Below, in pieces: positions 10,242 to 20,368 of a stretch of DNA of 64,000 nucleotides. The position numbers and the translations under genes are program-made. The number at the start of each line of letters is the position of its first letter. Within the stretch, counting starts at the first letter, position 1. Origin of the DNA: a virus (lineage: Duplodnaviria > Caudoviricetes); the IMG/VR virus record IMGVR_UViG_2802428822_000002, positions 1-64,000 of that record; one strand, 5' to 3'. The notes under the pieces are model-generated. The model was not told where the DNA came from and did no database searches. It was given only the letters and a program-made list of their open reading frames with translations.

Positions 10242-11014
10242 GCTGCAATATCTCCGACATCTGATCTTTTTCTTTCAGCAGCGTCGTCCAGTTCCAAGCG
10301 ATTGCAGAGTCGACGCATAATTGCCACCATCTCCTGTTTACTCGGCATCGAATTGGCCTTCTTGGCGGAGTCAGTGAGGCGCTCGTGATATGGTATCTGA
10401 TACTCATGCCCAATGGTCGGCTCAGTAAAAAGATAAGCAATTGCATTGAGCAGTGCCGATGGATCATCCTTAAAACTGCCGAGGCCCATATTGCAGCCTA
10501 TACATAGCAAGCCGCGGATCCTCCCCGTCCTATGACAGTGATCTATGTGGAGTCCGGATTTGGTGCCTGGTACGATCGGACTTCCGCAGATCTTGCATTC
10601 ATTGTTCTGGAACATGAGGATCAACTGGAGGTCTTCCTCACGCATTCCATACTTCGACCGAATGAAGGCATCACGTCGTTTTGCTCTGTGCTCTGTCGCG
10701 CCTTCCTTAGTGGCCTTCTCTAGCTCTTTGGCCCGCCTATCCTTCCTGCAAGCCGTACATTCTCGCAGCTTTCTGTTCTGAGGCGTTTCTGTCGAGATGT
10801 CGGCATCACATGATTTGCATAAATATCGAGCGACTGACTCAACGTGCGCGGCGAACACCTTCTCGGCGTCTTTGAAAATTCGACAGGTCCCTCCATCCCA
10901 CCCGCAGCAGCAAGAGAGCTTATAGCCACCAATCGGAGCATTCGCCCTCTTTTTCTCTCGGCCATCGGATCTGGTTGTGATCATCTTGTGATTTTTGGGA
11001 CGTGGTCTTGCCAT
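10238..11014 (-). CDS. endonuclease VII family protein
   Basis: CKICG..HIDHCHRTGRIRGLLCIGCNMGLG. Confidence 0.88.
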   Translation of the reverse strand: MARPRPKNHKMITTRSDGREKKRANAPIGGYKLSCCCGWDGGTCRIFKDAEKVFAAHVESVARYLCKSCDADISTETPQNRKLRECTACRKDRRAKELEKATKEGATEHRAKRRDAFIRSKYGMREEDLQLILMFQNNECKICGSPIVPGTKSGLHIDHCHRTGRIRGLLCIGCNMGLGSFKDDPSALLNAIAYLFTEPTIGHEYQIPYHERLTDSAKKANSMPSKQEMVAIMRRLCNRLELDDAAERKRSDVGDIAA

Positions 11015-11016
11015 CT

Positions 11017-12126
11017 CTACACACGCATCGGCATCAGGATAAAGAGGGTGTCATCTCCTTCCTCGTCCCGAATGATTGCTGGACTTCCTGCATCGCCGAG
11101 AATTATTCGAGCGCGCTTTGAATCGATATTGTTGAGAATGTCGTTGATGTACCGAGCATTGAAGCCGATGTCCAAATCATCAGCATCGTAGTCGATCTCA
11201 ACATCGTCCTCGGCATTGCCCATATCCGGGTTGCTGACGAATAAATGTAGGTTGCCCGCTGAGAAAGTCATTTTTACGGCTTTGCCGCGTTCGCTCGATA
11301 CAGTTGCGACGCGATCAGTCGAGGCCTTGATCGCTGTGGCATCAGCGATGGCAACTTTGTTATTCGTAGTCGGGATAACTTTCTCGTACTGAGGAAAAGT
11401 TCCATCTATGAGCTTCGACGTAATGACCGTCGTTCCGGCGGTCAGTCTGATCTTCGTATCAGACACCTCAACCGTGACATCTCCGGCTTCAAGGATCTTG
11501 TCAAACTCACCGACAGTCTTCCGAGGAATGATGATACCAGGCATACCGCTGGCGCCGTGAGGCTGCTCGACATCAACTCTGGCAAGACGGTGACCATCAG
11601 TGGCGACCGCACGGAGAACAGGACGCCCAAGCTCATCCGCGGCATGCATAAAGATGCCATTGAGGTAATAGCGCGTCTCTTCTGTCGAAATGGCGAACTG
11701 CGTTCTCCCAATCAGTTTCTTCAAATGGGCTGCCGGCATCGTGAAATCGTGCGAGAATGCTCCGACGTTGAGATCGGGCATATCGTGCTCCGGCAAGCAC
11801 TGAAGTTTGAACTTCGATCGGCCGGCGCCGACCATGATGGAATCGCCGCCAGCTTCCATGACGAATGACACCGTGTCGCCTGCCAGTTTGCGCACGATAT
11901 CGCTAAGGAGTGTCGCCGGGACTGTTGTGGCGCCGGCAACATCTACGTCTGCCGGAATAGTCAGACTTGCCTCAAGATCGAGGTCAGTGGTCCGAAGAGA
12001 CAGTTCGGCTCCATCAGCACGAAGGACAACATTTGCTAGGATGGGGATAGTGCTGCGCTTTTCGACGATGCGGGAAGCATGCGCGATCGCCTTGGCAATG
12101 ACAGATTTCTCGATCGAAAATTTCAT
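11017..12126 (-). CDS. dnaN: DNA polymerase III beta sliding clamp (copy 1)
   Basis: TIPILANV, STEETRYYLNG, VATDGHRLA, IGFNARY, LMPMRV. Confidence 0.96.
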   Translation of the reverse strand: MKFSIEKSVIAKAIAHASRIVEKRSTIPILANVVLRADGAELSLRTTDLDLEASLTIPADVDVAGATTVPATLLSDIVRKLAGDTVSFVMEAGGDSIMVGAGRSKFKLQCLPEHDMPDLNVGAFSHDFTMPAAHLKKLIGRTQFAISTEETRYYLNGIFMHAADELGRPVLRAVATDGHRLARVDVEQPHGASGMPGIIIPRKTVGEFDKILEAGDVTVEVSDTKIRLTAGTTVITSKLIDGTFPQYEKVIPTTNNKVAIADATAIKASTDRVATVSSERGKAVKMTFSAGNLHLFVSNPDMGNAEDDVEIDYDADDLDIGFNARYINDILNNIDSKRARIILGDAGSPAIIRDEEGDDTLFILMPMRV

Positions 12127-13070
12127 TATAGAGGCAACTCCATCGTGTTGACATCGCGCGTCGCTGGCCGATGTTCGTGCCCGTCGGATCGCGTCTGATT
12201 GAAATCGTTCGCGGGCTTGCCATCATCATTGGCGCCGAAGCGTTCGGTTTCTGGCATGGCATTGGCGCGGTACTGGCGGTTCAGTTCCTGGCGCTCATAT
12301 TCGTTGCGCTGGTCGATCTCACGCTGATCGAGGATATAGCTGACGGTGTGGAATTCGTTCTTGCTGAAGTCCTTGCCGAACATCCACCGTAAATAACCTG
12401 AGTCCACGGCGGTCCACGGAACCGGCTTTCCATTCTCATCTCTGTGCCGGCGATGCTTGCACCAATAGAGAAGTGCAGGCTCCTGCGTCAGTTTAGCGAG
12501 ATGGCGACCCGTGTTGCCATCGTTCAGCATAACCGCCAGCGTGTGGGCGGTCACATAGGAATCAGGACCGGCCCTATGAGCCGGATGGGCTCGATCGCGA
12601 TCCAACCCGTCCGGGTTCAGCATGTATCTGATCGCCTGGTTTGCGTGCGATGTGGCCTGCGGATATAGGTGCAACGCGCATTGAAATGTGCAAATCCAAG
12701 GCTTCGATCCCGTAAGATCGGACGTTAGGAACTTCTGCTCCATCTCGATATTGTGGGCGGCGTAGGCAACAATGTCCGCCGTCTCTTCTTCTGTGAAAAG
12801 AGGGGCAACGACATCATCCCATTTCGAGGCGCCGGCGACATCAGAGTCCACGAGATGGTGGATTCCGCTGGTCTCATACGGAATTTGGTTGATAGGGTCG
12901 ATCAGCGCCGACTTCGTCTCGCCAACCACCCATTCACAAGGGTGGCCTAGAAGATCGGTTTCAGTGCAGATGACGTCAGTCCAACCGATTTCGATGATGC
13001 CGTTGCTGAGGTCATCAGGATCCGGGCCAGACTCTAAATCATAGACTCGTATTTTCATTGATCCCCACAT
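12126..13070 (-). CDS. DEDDh 3'-5' exonuclease (ExoX-like)
   Basis: YDLES, AAHN, AHRAGPDS. Confidence 0.85.
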   Translation of the reverse strand: MWGSMKIRVYDLESGPDPDDLSNGIIEIGWTDVICTETDLLGHPCEWVVGETKSALIDPINQIPYETSGIHHLVDSDVAGASKWDDVVAPLFTEEETADIVAYAAHNIEMEQKFLTSDLTGSKPWICTFQCALHLYPQATSHANQAIRYMLNPDGLDRDRAHPAHRAGPDSYVTAHTLAVMLNDGNTGRHLAKLTQEPALLYWCKHRRHRDENGKPVPWTAVDSGYLRWMFGKDFSKNEFHTVSYILDQREIDQRNEYERQELNRQYRANAMPETERFGANDDGKPANDFNQTRSDGHEHRPATRDVNTMELPL

Positions 13071-13074
13071 CTCC

Positions 13075-14283
13075 TCAGAGCGCGAACGACTTTTCGACGA
13101 GAGCTTTCACCTCGGACTTGGTCGCATCGATGTTGATTTCATTGACCATGCGCCGCAGATGGATGCCGATGATCTTGCGGCAGAGGTCAGCATCGGCTTC
13201 ATGCGACGGCTTACCTCCGCGTTCGCCCCAGAAGGCGTCGGACGCCTTGGTGATCTTCTCCACGTCAGCATCGCGGCCGTTGCCGGTTCCGCCAAACCGT
13301 AGCAGAGCGGAGGAAAATTCTTCGAAGGTGCCGGCGGCCGCACGCTGGGAGGAGGAGTGCGTGCGCCCGCCGGACTTATCATCGTCACCCAGGGAGGAGG
13401 AGGTGGATGACGACGAATTGGTGGACGTCCCGGCAGCGCTTTTGCGCGCCGTTCCAGAGGCTGCTACTGTCGCCCCTGAAGTTTGTTCGATGATTTCGCC
13501 GGTTTTCGCGTCTATGTGATCCATTGGCATGGCGCCGGCGTGCTCAAGTTGTTTGGTTACATTGTTGGCGTTGAAACCATCGTTCGTCTGGCCACCAAAT
13601 CTCGAGGTAAGAGACGGCGTCGTAACGTCGCGCGCCTGTAAGGCTCGACGTTCATTCGCGATCTCCACTAGTTCGTCATCTGCCAGAACGCCCATGACCG
13701 CCGCCGGCTTGTAGATACGGCTCCATTCTCTGGACCCACGATACACAAGCATTTTTGCATAGGTATCAGGACGCCATGGCGATCCATTGCCGGTTGTCTT
13801 CCAGCCTGATACCGAGCCGTCCATGATCCGGTATCCTGGCACGCGAATGCCTGGATAGAGATTACTGACGATATCTTCCGGCAATGGTTGGTCGCAGAGA
13901 TAGATGTGATAGGAATCAGTCTTCGGTTCGCCGGTGTAGTAGTGATGCAGGACGATGCCAAAGTTCGCTTCCAGCACCGCGGCGATGACCTTGCCTTCAA
14001 ACCCAAGCTTTCCGTGGACGATCGCAGCGCACGAAAGCAATGCAAACGGAGACTGGTTCCAGCGATCGGCCTGTTCGCAAACCGCGAACACGTTGCCGAT
14101 CACAGTTTCGATCGGGAGGTCTTTCTTACTGTCTCTTGAACCCTCCGTCCTCAGCGACTCCGGCACAAGACTCGTGTTCGCTAGCTTGGTCGCAAGCGTC
14201 CATAGGTATTCAAGTCGTTCCGGGTTTATCGCCGCCGACGGACGATAGACTTCAGGTTCCTGCGTCGTCACGAAATCGTTCAT
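13075..14283 (-). CDS. RecT-like ssDNA-annealing protein with low-complexity C-terminus
   Basis: GKLGFEGKVIAAV, SPW..MLVYRG.REW.R.Y; adjacent to RecE-like gene. Confidence 0.65.
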   Translation of the reverse strand: MNDFVTTQEPEVYRPSAAINPERLEYLWTLATKLANTSLVPESLRTEGSRDSKKDLPIETVIGNVFAVCEQADRWNQSPFALLSCAAIVHGKLGFEGKVIAAVLEANFGIVLHHYYTGEPKTDSYHIYLCDQPLPEDIVSNLYPGIRVPGYRIMDGSVSGWKTTGNGSPWRPDTYAKMLVYRGSREWSRIYKPAAVMGVLADDELVEIANERRALQARDVTTPSLTSRFGGQTNDGFNANNVTKQLEHAGAMPMDHIDAKTGEIIEQTSGATVAASGTARKSAAGTSTNSSSSTSSSLGDDDKSGGRTHSSSQRAAAGTFEEFSSALLRFGGTGNGRDADVEKITKASDAFWGERGGKPSHEADADLCRKIIGIHLRRMVNEINIDATKSEVKALVEKSFAL

Positions 14284-15227
14284 TGTGCAAGTTCCTGTTC
14301 AATCTGCTGAATGCGGCGCTTTGCCCAGTCGCGCGTCCAGTTTGTACGACGCACGAAACCGCCATCGCCGGCGGCGTTCTTCGGGCCTGGCCAGTCGTTG
14401 GTCTCAAGAGCTCGAGCGAATAGGCGAAGTGCGGCACGGTTCTCGAGTATTCCGTCGCCGACGTCTTCTGGGTGGATCGTATCGATGCGCACACTGTGCG
14501 GCCGCTTCTGCTCAACATATACGAGGAAGAAGTTTTCCATCTGCCGTCCAAAGACATATTTGACGGCTTCGAATGTCAGGGCAGCCTGTTGGTGGTACCC
14601 CCGATCCCCAAGGCCACGTGAGATGCCATCATCAAAGACATCGGCCACGCATTTGAGATCAGCGCCGTCGGCATCGTTCGGTACGGCGTCCGGGCGAGAT
14701 TTGATCCAAATGCCGGTGTCTGGATCCGGGTAAAACATTGAAAGCTCGACGTGGCCGTTGAGAATGCCGTCACGAATGATCTGCTCCTCGGTAAGGCTTT
14801 GCGCCATGCCTTTAATGTATTCCACCTGCTTGGCCGTAAGGACGGTGATACCCTTGAAAAGCTGCTCGGCTTTCCATTCCTTCGCTTCATTGGTTCGAAA
14901 ATCAGCATACTTCGACACGACGAAGTACTTGCTGAAGTCCCCTTCACCGAGAAAGAGATGGTGTGCCGCGCGGCCGAGGATGGTCGCTTCCGTATCCTGG
15001 AATGGCTCTCGGTCTGGATTGAGCGGCGACTGGTTCCAATAGTGCTTCAGGCTCTTGGAAAAGATCGTCCGCAGTTGGCTGGAACTGATCGACGGGCCGA
15101 CACACGGCTGTCCGTGGTAGACCTCCATCGGCATGTTCCGGATCGCGCATGGAATGTCGACCTTAATGCCGGGCACGTAGTCGTAGATGCCGAAATCGTC
15201 GCGCTGGAAATCAAGGTAACTGGTCAT
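14280..15227 (-). CDS. RecE/ExoVIII-like PD-(D/E)XK exonuclease (DUF3799)
   Basis: ISSSQL, GRAAH, KSRPD, DLK, YHQQAA. Confidence 0.85.
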   Translation of the reverse strand: MTSYLDFQRDDFGIYDYVPGIKVDIPCAIRNMPMEVYHGQPCVGPSISSSQLRTIFSKSLKHYWNQSPLNPDREPFQDTEATILGRAAHHLFLGEGDFSKYFVVSKYADFRTNEAKEWKAEQLFKGITVLTAKQVEYIKGMAQSLTEEQIIRDGILNGHVELSMFYPDPDTGIWIKSRPDAVPNDADGADLKCVADVFDDGISRGLGDRGYHQQAALTFEAVKYVFGRQMENFFLVYVEQKRPHSVRIDTIHPEDVGDGILENRAALRLFARALETNDWPGPKNAAGDGGFVRRTNWTRDWAKRRIQQIEQELAQ

Positions 15228-15577
15228 GCATTGATCCCTTTGGTGCCAGCATCAAATTTGTATGGCCCATTGGTTTGGACACGCCACCATGAACGGAAAA
15301 GATCCGTATCTGGAGGTTCACTCATGACCATCATCGAACTCGGAGCCAGCGGTCCACCGAAGTGCAGCAGCTCGAGATAGATGTCCGCACCTTCTGCGAT
15401 GGCTGCTCGTTGCGCGTCAGTCAGGTGGAAACGAGCAATTGCGCTCTCACCGTTGCGTGCTGGGAGAGTCCGAAGAGGGCGATATTGCGGTTGGTCTTTG
15501 GCGTAGACCGTTTCGAAATCTTCCAGTCCAACAACAACCGGGCCGGCATGCGGTGATACGAAATCGAAAAAGCTCAT
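15224..15577 (-). CDS. hypothetical protein
   Basis: AKDQPQYRPL motif; coupled to neighbours. Confidence 0.7.
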   Translation of the reverse strand: MSFFDFVSPHAGPVVVGLEDFETVYAKDQPQYRPLRTLPARNGESAIARFHLTDAQRAAIAEGADIYLELLHFGGPLAPSSMMVMSEPPDTDLFRSWWRVQTNGPYKFDAGTKGINA

Positions 15578-16896
15578 TCAGCTGCCTCCAGCACTTCAGC
15601 GTCCTTTACCATCCCGTCTTCGATAATGATGGCGCCCGGTCGATCGCTCTCGACTGTCTCGAGCCACACCTGGAAATCATGCTCCACTGCCATTTCCGCA
15701 AGGATGCGCATTGCCTCCGTACCGAGAAGCGAGCCGTCGCGGATCAGGATGACGCGAAGCCGAGGATTGGCCGCCATTGTCAAACCAACAGCGGCGCGCA
15801 ATTGCTCTGCGCTTGATGCCTGTTCGAAGGGGACGCCATTGAGAGTCACGTATCCGTCACCGAAGCCGATACCTGAAACAGGCATTTCAGCCTTGGCGAT
15901 CGCATCTGATTTCCGAACGTCGCTCGCATCAATCGCTTTGGAGAAGTACGCGGCTTCCGCCTCCAAGGTTTCAGCCTGCGCAATCAACGCATCCATGCGC
16001 TTCTTCTGGCGGACGTTTCCGTTGATAACGTTGGCTTCGTCGATCTTCGTGCGCACTGCTGACGGGTCTTTTGGGTCGGGAAGGGCGCCTGCTTCGACAA
16101 TGCGGGCACGGTTCTTCGTCGCTAAGTCCCGTTTTTCGACCGCCTGCGCTTCGACCTCATCAGCCTGCCGTCGAAGATCCGCGGCGCGATCGTCGAGTTG
16201 TTTCGCCTCGATATCCAGCCGATCAGCCTCATCGGAAACGCGCTGACGATTCCCCTTTCTAGCTTCGATATCGGCATTGAACTGGCCGACTTCCTGCAGC
16301 TCATCCGTGAGCGCTGAAACGTCGATCTCGTCGTCCGGCGTACCGTCGGGTATGGAGATGCCGGCAACCTGCGACTTCAATTCGCGGATACGACGGTTGA
16401 CGTCAGTCCTGGCTTCAAATGCCTTCTTTCGATCGCGCGCCTCCGCGTCGAAATCGAAACCTGGCACGAAGTTCTTCAGAATATCGAACTGATCAGCAGG
16501 TTTTTTGCGGGTGAATTCGAGCGGATCGAATGAGAGATCGCCAACCATTTTATTGAGGATGTCTTGCGGCTTCTGAAAGCGCGCGCCTTCCTCTGTTTCC
16601 ACGACGATCGCAGTTGTAAAAGTCCCATCCTCTTGGCGATTGAAAGTTCGCCTGATCGTCAGTCCGCCGAGATTGATTTCGGTCTTTGCCTTGTCGGCGC
16701 CATTACGGATCGGCTGCGACTGAATTTCTTTCTGACCCGCGAAAGCCCAGTAGATGCTGTCGAGCAGGCTGCTCTTTCCATTTCCATTTTCGCCGGTGAT
16801 CTCGACGATGTTGCCATCAGGCGTGATATTCACCGCTTTCAGACGCTTTATGTTTTCAGCCTGAAGCTGGACGATCTTATAGGACTTTTCGGACAT
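15574..16896 (-). CDS. SMC/Rad50-like ATPase with coiled coil
   Basis: GENGNGKSS Walker A, long coiled coil, ASSAEQ signature, ILIRDG. Confidence 0.85.
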   Translation of the reverse strand: MSEKSYKIVQLQAENIKRLKAVNITPDGNIVEITGENGNGKSSLLDSIYWAFAGQKEIQSQPIRNGADKAKTEINLGGLTIRRTFNRQEDGTFTTAIVVETEEGARFQKPQDILNKMVGDLSFDPLEFTRKKPADQFDILKNFVPGFDFDAEARDRKKAFEARTDVNRRIRELKSQVAGISIPDGTPDDEIDVSALTDELQEVGQFNADIEARKGNRQRVSDEADRLDIEAKQLDDRAADLRRQADEVEAQAVEKRDLATKNRARIVEAGALPDPKDPSAVRTKIDEANVINGNVRQKKRMDALIAQAETLEAEAAYFSKAIDASDVRKSDAIAKAEMPVSGIGFGDGYVTLNGVPFEQASSAEQLRAAVGLTMAANPRLRVILIRDGSLLGTEAMRILAEMAVEHDFQVWLETVESDRPGAIIIEDGMVKDAEVLEAAE

Positions 16897-16917
16897 CGTT
16901 GTTCCGTTCGGTGGTGG

Positions 16918-17178
16918 TTAGGCGCCAATTTCGCGGCGCGTGTCTTCTTCAAACATGACGGCCAGTTCAACAATCGCCGGACCAAGAGAGTTCATCAGGA
17001 TCGCCGAGATCCTGCTCTGCTCGTCGTCTGTGCATCTCAGAAACTCAGCGTGCGGATTGTCGCGAAACCGGATGCGGCGCTCTGCTTGATCTTGGCCAGG
17101 AAAGGCTTCCATTGGGTCGACATGGATCAACGCCGCCGTGATGTTGCGCGTAACGCGCTGGAGATCGTCAACCTTCAT
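16918..17178 (-). CDS. hypothetical protein
   Basis: 86 aa in operon. Confidence 0.6.
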   Translation of the reverse strand: MKVDDLQRVTRNITAALIHVDPMEAFPGQDQAERRIRFRDNPHAEFLRCTDDEQSRISAILMNSLGPAIVELAVMFEEDTRREIGA

Positions 17179-17464
17179 AGGTGACTACTTTCGAGGAGAC
17201 AGCGTCAGACTCCTGTTCGATCGCCTTCATACGCCCGGCAAGGTCTTCGAAATAGTCGGCGCTCTCGTGATGCTTACGGATAGAAGCGTCGAGTTCCTGC
17301 TTGAACTTTCGAGATTTCCAATCCGGCATCTTCGCCAGTGCGTCGCGAGACGACTTGAGCTTCTGATCAATTTGTCCTTTGTGGAACTTTGCCACGGACA
17401 GCATTTGCGACCACGAGCTTCCCTGCGCGAAAGCCTCGTCGATCGAGATCGCGGTAACGGCCAT
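17168..17464 (-). CDS. hypothetical coiled-coil protein
   Basis: 98 aa, SD GAGG. Confidence 0.65.
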   Translation of the reverse strand: MAVTAISIDEAFAQGSSWSQMLSVAKFHKGQIDQKLKSSRDALAKMPDWKSRKFKQELDASIRKHHESADYFEDLAGRMKAIEQESDAVSSKVVTYEG

Positions 17465-17734
17465 GAGCCAACCTCAATTTTTAGAATTCGGGGAGGGCCT
17501 TTTTGATACCGCTCATGCCCGGGAGCGCTTTTCCAAAGTATGGTCGTGTCGTAAAGTCCTGGATCACTTGATCCGCGCGCATCGCGCTGCCAGTAAATTG
17601 AAGACACACCTCCTCGCACCTCCGAACGATCTCGGTTCATCCCGCAGGATCGGCTGGGCCGCAGCCGGTTGGTGGAATGCATTGGGCATCTTCCTGCTGG
17701 AATATTCCTGCGAATGTCCGATGCCTATGGACCT

Positions 17735-17778
17735 TAAATATTCTCATAAGCATCTATTGTCAACATGCTTGTAAGAAT
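17735..17778 (-). promoter_or_regulatory. PL-like sigma70 promoter with two 14-bp operators
   Basis: TTGACA-17-TATTTA on minus strand; ATTCTCATAAGCAT 17740-17753 and ATGCTTGTAAGAAT 17765-17778. Confidence 0.8.
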
Positions 17779-17786
17779 TTTTTTAT

Positions 17787-17814
17787 TTGACGGGGATTTT
17801 CGGGCGTGTATGTT
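17787..17814 (+). promoter_or_regulatory. rightward promoter into ORF-free region
   Basis: TTGACG-16-TATGTT. Confidence 0.45.
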
Positions 17815-18315
17815 TGGCACACGAGGCGATGAGAAGAGTCGCTGAAAAAAGAAAGACCCCGGCGGCGTTGGAAGCGCCCCGAGGTCGGACTGGAATAAAG
17901 GCTTAGCGGCTGATCCAGTGAGAGAACTTATAGCAATGTTCTCTTTTTGTTTCAAGCCCCGGCCACTGAAAAGCGACCCGGTTAAGTGAAGTCGGCGGCG
18001 GGCGCTCCACGTTTTCTCGTGGTTCCGGTATACCGTTGGGCGCAGAGGATACCAACCCCACTCCGAAAGACCGAAGGGGATCTGCCGTAGCCTTGCCAGA
18101 GGCAACGAAAAAGTGCGGTCAACTCACGTCGCTGGTGTTCGAACGGTGAGGGACGGGTGATAGGCGGCTCGGTCGTTCAAGTCACTCTGCATAGGGGCTA
18201 ACCCTGGATGCCAAATCGGCACAGGGCTTAGTCCTCCTATGTCCAGGCTCCAGGCTCTCTATCGTTCAAAATAGTCATATAATTACGATTTCTGGTTGTT
18301 ATGGTTGATAAAGAG

Positions 18316-18741
18316 TCATTCAACTGAGCGTTTAAGTAACTCATCAGCTTCTTCAGGAGTCGGAGGCCGGTTGTCGTTATTCGAAGCAAGCTTAAATAGC
18401 TCAATGATCGAATGTGCCTTTTGGATTGACGTAGTCTTTTTGGCCAAACCGTTCCGGAGTATACTTTCTTCGATGACGACAATAGTCCTAAAAAGCAGAT
18501 CAATATCAATCGGATGCTTGGGACCCCTCAAAATCTCGGTCGGCGTGCATCCGTAAACCTGCGCAGCTCGTTCGATCAGTCGTTGTGTGTAAGGCGATTT
18601 TGCATTCTCGATCTGTGATAACAGTGGACGAGAAATATTTAATTCAACCGCTGCGTCTTTTTGGGAAATTCCAGAGATCCTGCGCCACTCGCGCAAAAAA
18701 GTCTTTTGGAGCTGATACTTAGGTTTTGCTATTGGTGCCAT
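18316..18741 (-). CDS. XRE-family HTH regulator
   Basis: LREWRRISGISQKDAAVELNISRPLLSQIENAK. Confidence 0.85.
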   Translation of the reverse strand: MAPIAKPKYQLQKTFLREWRRISGISQKDAAVELNISRPLLSQIENAKSPYTQRLIERAAQVYGCTPTEILRGPKHPIDIDLLFRTIVVIEESILRNGLAKKTTSIQKAHSIIELFKLASNNDNRPPTPEEADELLKRSVE

Positions 18742-18995
18742 GCATTTCTCCTGGACAACTTTTAGGAGGCATATGGTGACAATGGACCCGTGAAAAGGTT
18801 TATTGACATTTTCTTATGTTCAATGACATGAACAACACCGCAGATTTATAAAACTTCTGCGGATTATTCAGCCGAAGGGCGTGAGGCTGATGGGGCGAAA
18901 ATGGGGCTAAAACAGGAAAATAAACCTAACATTTCCGGATTTCCCTTGCCAATGTTCACGTTTTGATCCACTTTGATGGGCAACTGGAGGGACTG

Positions 18996-19205
18996 ATGGA
19001 AACTCGAAGGCAGCTTTTGAAATCGGCGTCTATGTTGGCGGCGGTAGCAGTCGCTCCTCCAACGGTACTTGCCGCCAGGCAACCAGAGGACTGCGAATTC
19101 TACGCCAGTAAGCTATGTGATTCCCTCTCCAGGAAGTACGGCGGCAACTGGAATTTTCAGATGACTACGATGAATAACATTATGCTCCTCTGCAAAAACT
19201 CATGA
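18996..19205 (+). CDS. small exported protein with twin-arginine signal
   Basis: METRRQLLKS + hydrophobic stretch; SD GGAGG. Confidence 0.6.
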   Translation: METRRQLLKSASMLAAVAVAPPTVLAARQPEDCEFYASKLCDSLSRKYGGNWNFQMTTMNNIMLLCKNS

Positions 19206-19562
19206 TGCGAGACCCTTCATTCTCGCGAAGGTTTCGGCCATATCGGCTACTTGGCTTTTCAGCTCGCTATCCATCTTCTCCATCATAGCAATTACCCGTT
19301 GAATATATGGGTCGTTGTCCTTGCTGGTGATCGGAACAGGAGCTCGGTTGCCCGTGACCTGTTCATAAAGCGCATAAATCTTGACGGCATATTTTGCGTC
19401 AGGCGTCTGCGGCTTGATGCTTTTTGTCCCGAGCCACTTGCTGATGTAAGGTTGAGGCACGCCCATATCGTTGGCCATGCGGATCCGTGGCTTACCGATC
19501 CCGTCAGATTGGTAGACTGCCTCAATTTCCCTTAATAACTCCAAAAGATTTGTCTCATCCAT
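19200..19562 (-). CDS. CI-like immunity repressor (HTH)
   Basis: MANDMGVPQPYISKWL HTH; divergent from Cro-like gene across operators. Confidence 0.75.
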   Translation of the reverse strand: MDETNLLELLREIEAVYQSDGIGKPRIRMANDMGVPQPYISKWLGTKSIKPQTPDAKYAVKIYALYEQVTGNRAPVPITSKDNDPYIQRVIAMMEKMDSELKSQVADMAETFARMKGLAS

Positions 19563-19569
19563 GGTCTAA

Positions 19570-19642
19570 ACCATAACATTCCTGCGCGCATAAAACAAAT
19601 TCGCATACGCATGTTGACAATAAATGCTTATGAGAATATACC
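19570..19642. promoter_or_regulatory. PRM/PR-like divergent promoters with three operators
   Basis: Plus: TTGACA(19614)-17-TATACC; minus: TTGTTT-17-TATGGT; operators 19578-19591, 19599-19612, 19624-19637. Confidence 0.82.
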
Positions 19643-19649
19643 TAGCGCC

Positions 19650-19895
19650 ATGAGCACCTTGAAACACATTCGGAAAAATGTTTTCCGGCTCCGGCAGGAC
19701 GAGTTCGCTCAGATCGCCGGCGTCCATCAGGCGACTGTCAGCAAGTGGGAAGCCGAAATTCTCTACCCTGACTTCAAGAACCTCGTATCGATCCGCAGTG
19801 AAGCGAGATCCCGTGATCTCGACTGGAACGATGCCTGGTTCTTCGAAATCCCTGTTGAAGGTGCTTGTGTGGAAAGGAATGACTGTCCGGCTTGA
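19650..19895 (+). CDS. Cro-like HTH protein
   Basis: LRQDEFAQIAGVHQATVSKWE; ATG 7 nt after PR -10. Confidence 0.82.
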   Translation: MSTLKHIRKNVFRLRQDEFAQIAGVHQATVSKWEAEILYPDFKNLVSIRSEARSRDLDWNDAWFFEIPVEGACVERNDCPA

Positions 19896-19990
19896 AGCCG
19901 GGATCTGACGCTGTTGAGTAGCTATCGTCATTTGAAAGAGTCCTTTCCGTTCGTTTGCTGTCTTTGGTTCTAACGGAAAGGAGTTCTCGA

Positions 19991-20368
19991 ATGGGGTATT
20001 TCTCTTCCCGAATTAGGGAAAACCTTGCGTCACCGAACGGAGCTTATGAGCGCGCATATGAACTGTGCGAAAGAGCAGTCCTCCTCGAGCAGGCAATCTC
20101 AGGTTCCTACAAAGGTGAGGCGATCAGATCCCTCTCGTCGGCCGGCGAGTTCGGTTCATGGCTTCGGAAGCTTTTCCATAGAGAAAAGGTCACGATCCAT
20201 CTCCACTACTACGAGCGCCTTGTATTCATCGTAGAGGAGTTGTCGGCGCGAAAGCGCAGGCAGATCGACCATATCGATGATCTAATCAGGATCGCGAAAG
20301 GGCGGCACAATGCGACTGATGAAAGCGATAATAGGCCTGGTTTCAACAGTAAGGGAATTGCGGCGTAA
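19991..20368 (+). CDS. hypothetical protein (CII position)
   Basis: SD AGGAG then MGYFSS; directly follows cro. Confidence 0.6.
   Translation: MGYFSSRIRENLASPNGAYERAYELCERAVLLEQAISGSYKGEAIRSLSSAGEFGSWLRKLFHREKVTIHLHYYERLVFIVEELSARKRRQIDHIDDLIRIAKGRHNATDESDNRPGFNSKGIAA

Noticed and set aside
17227-17682. 151-aa ORF directly after PL
   Set aside because: Overlaps 17168..17464 extensively in another frame and has an unconvincing composition; a short gene here cannot be excluded
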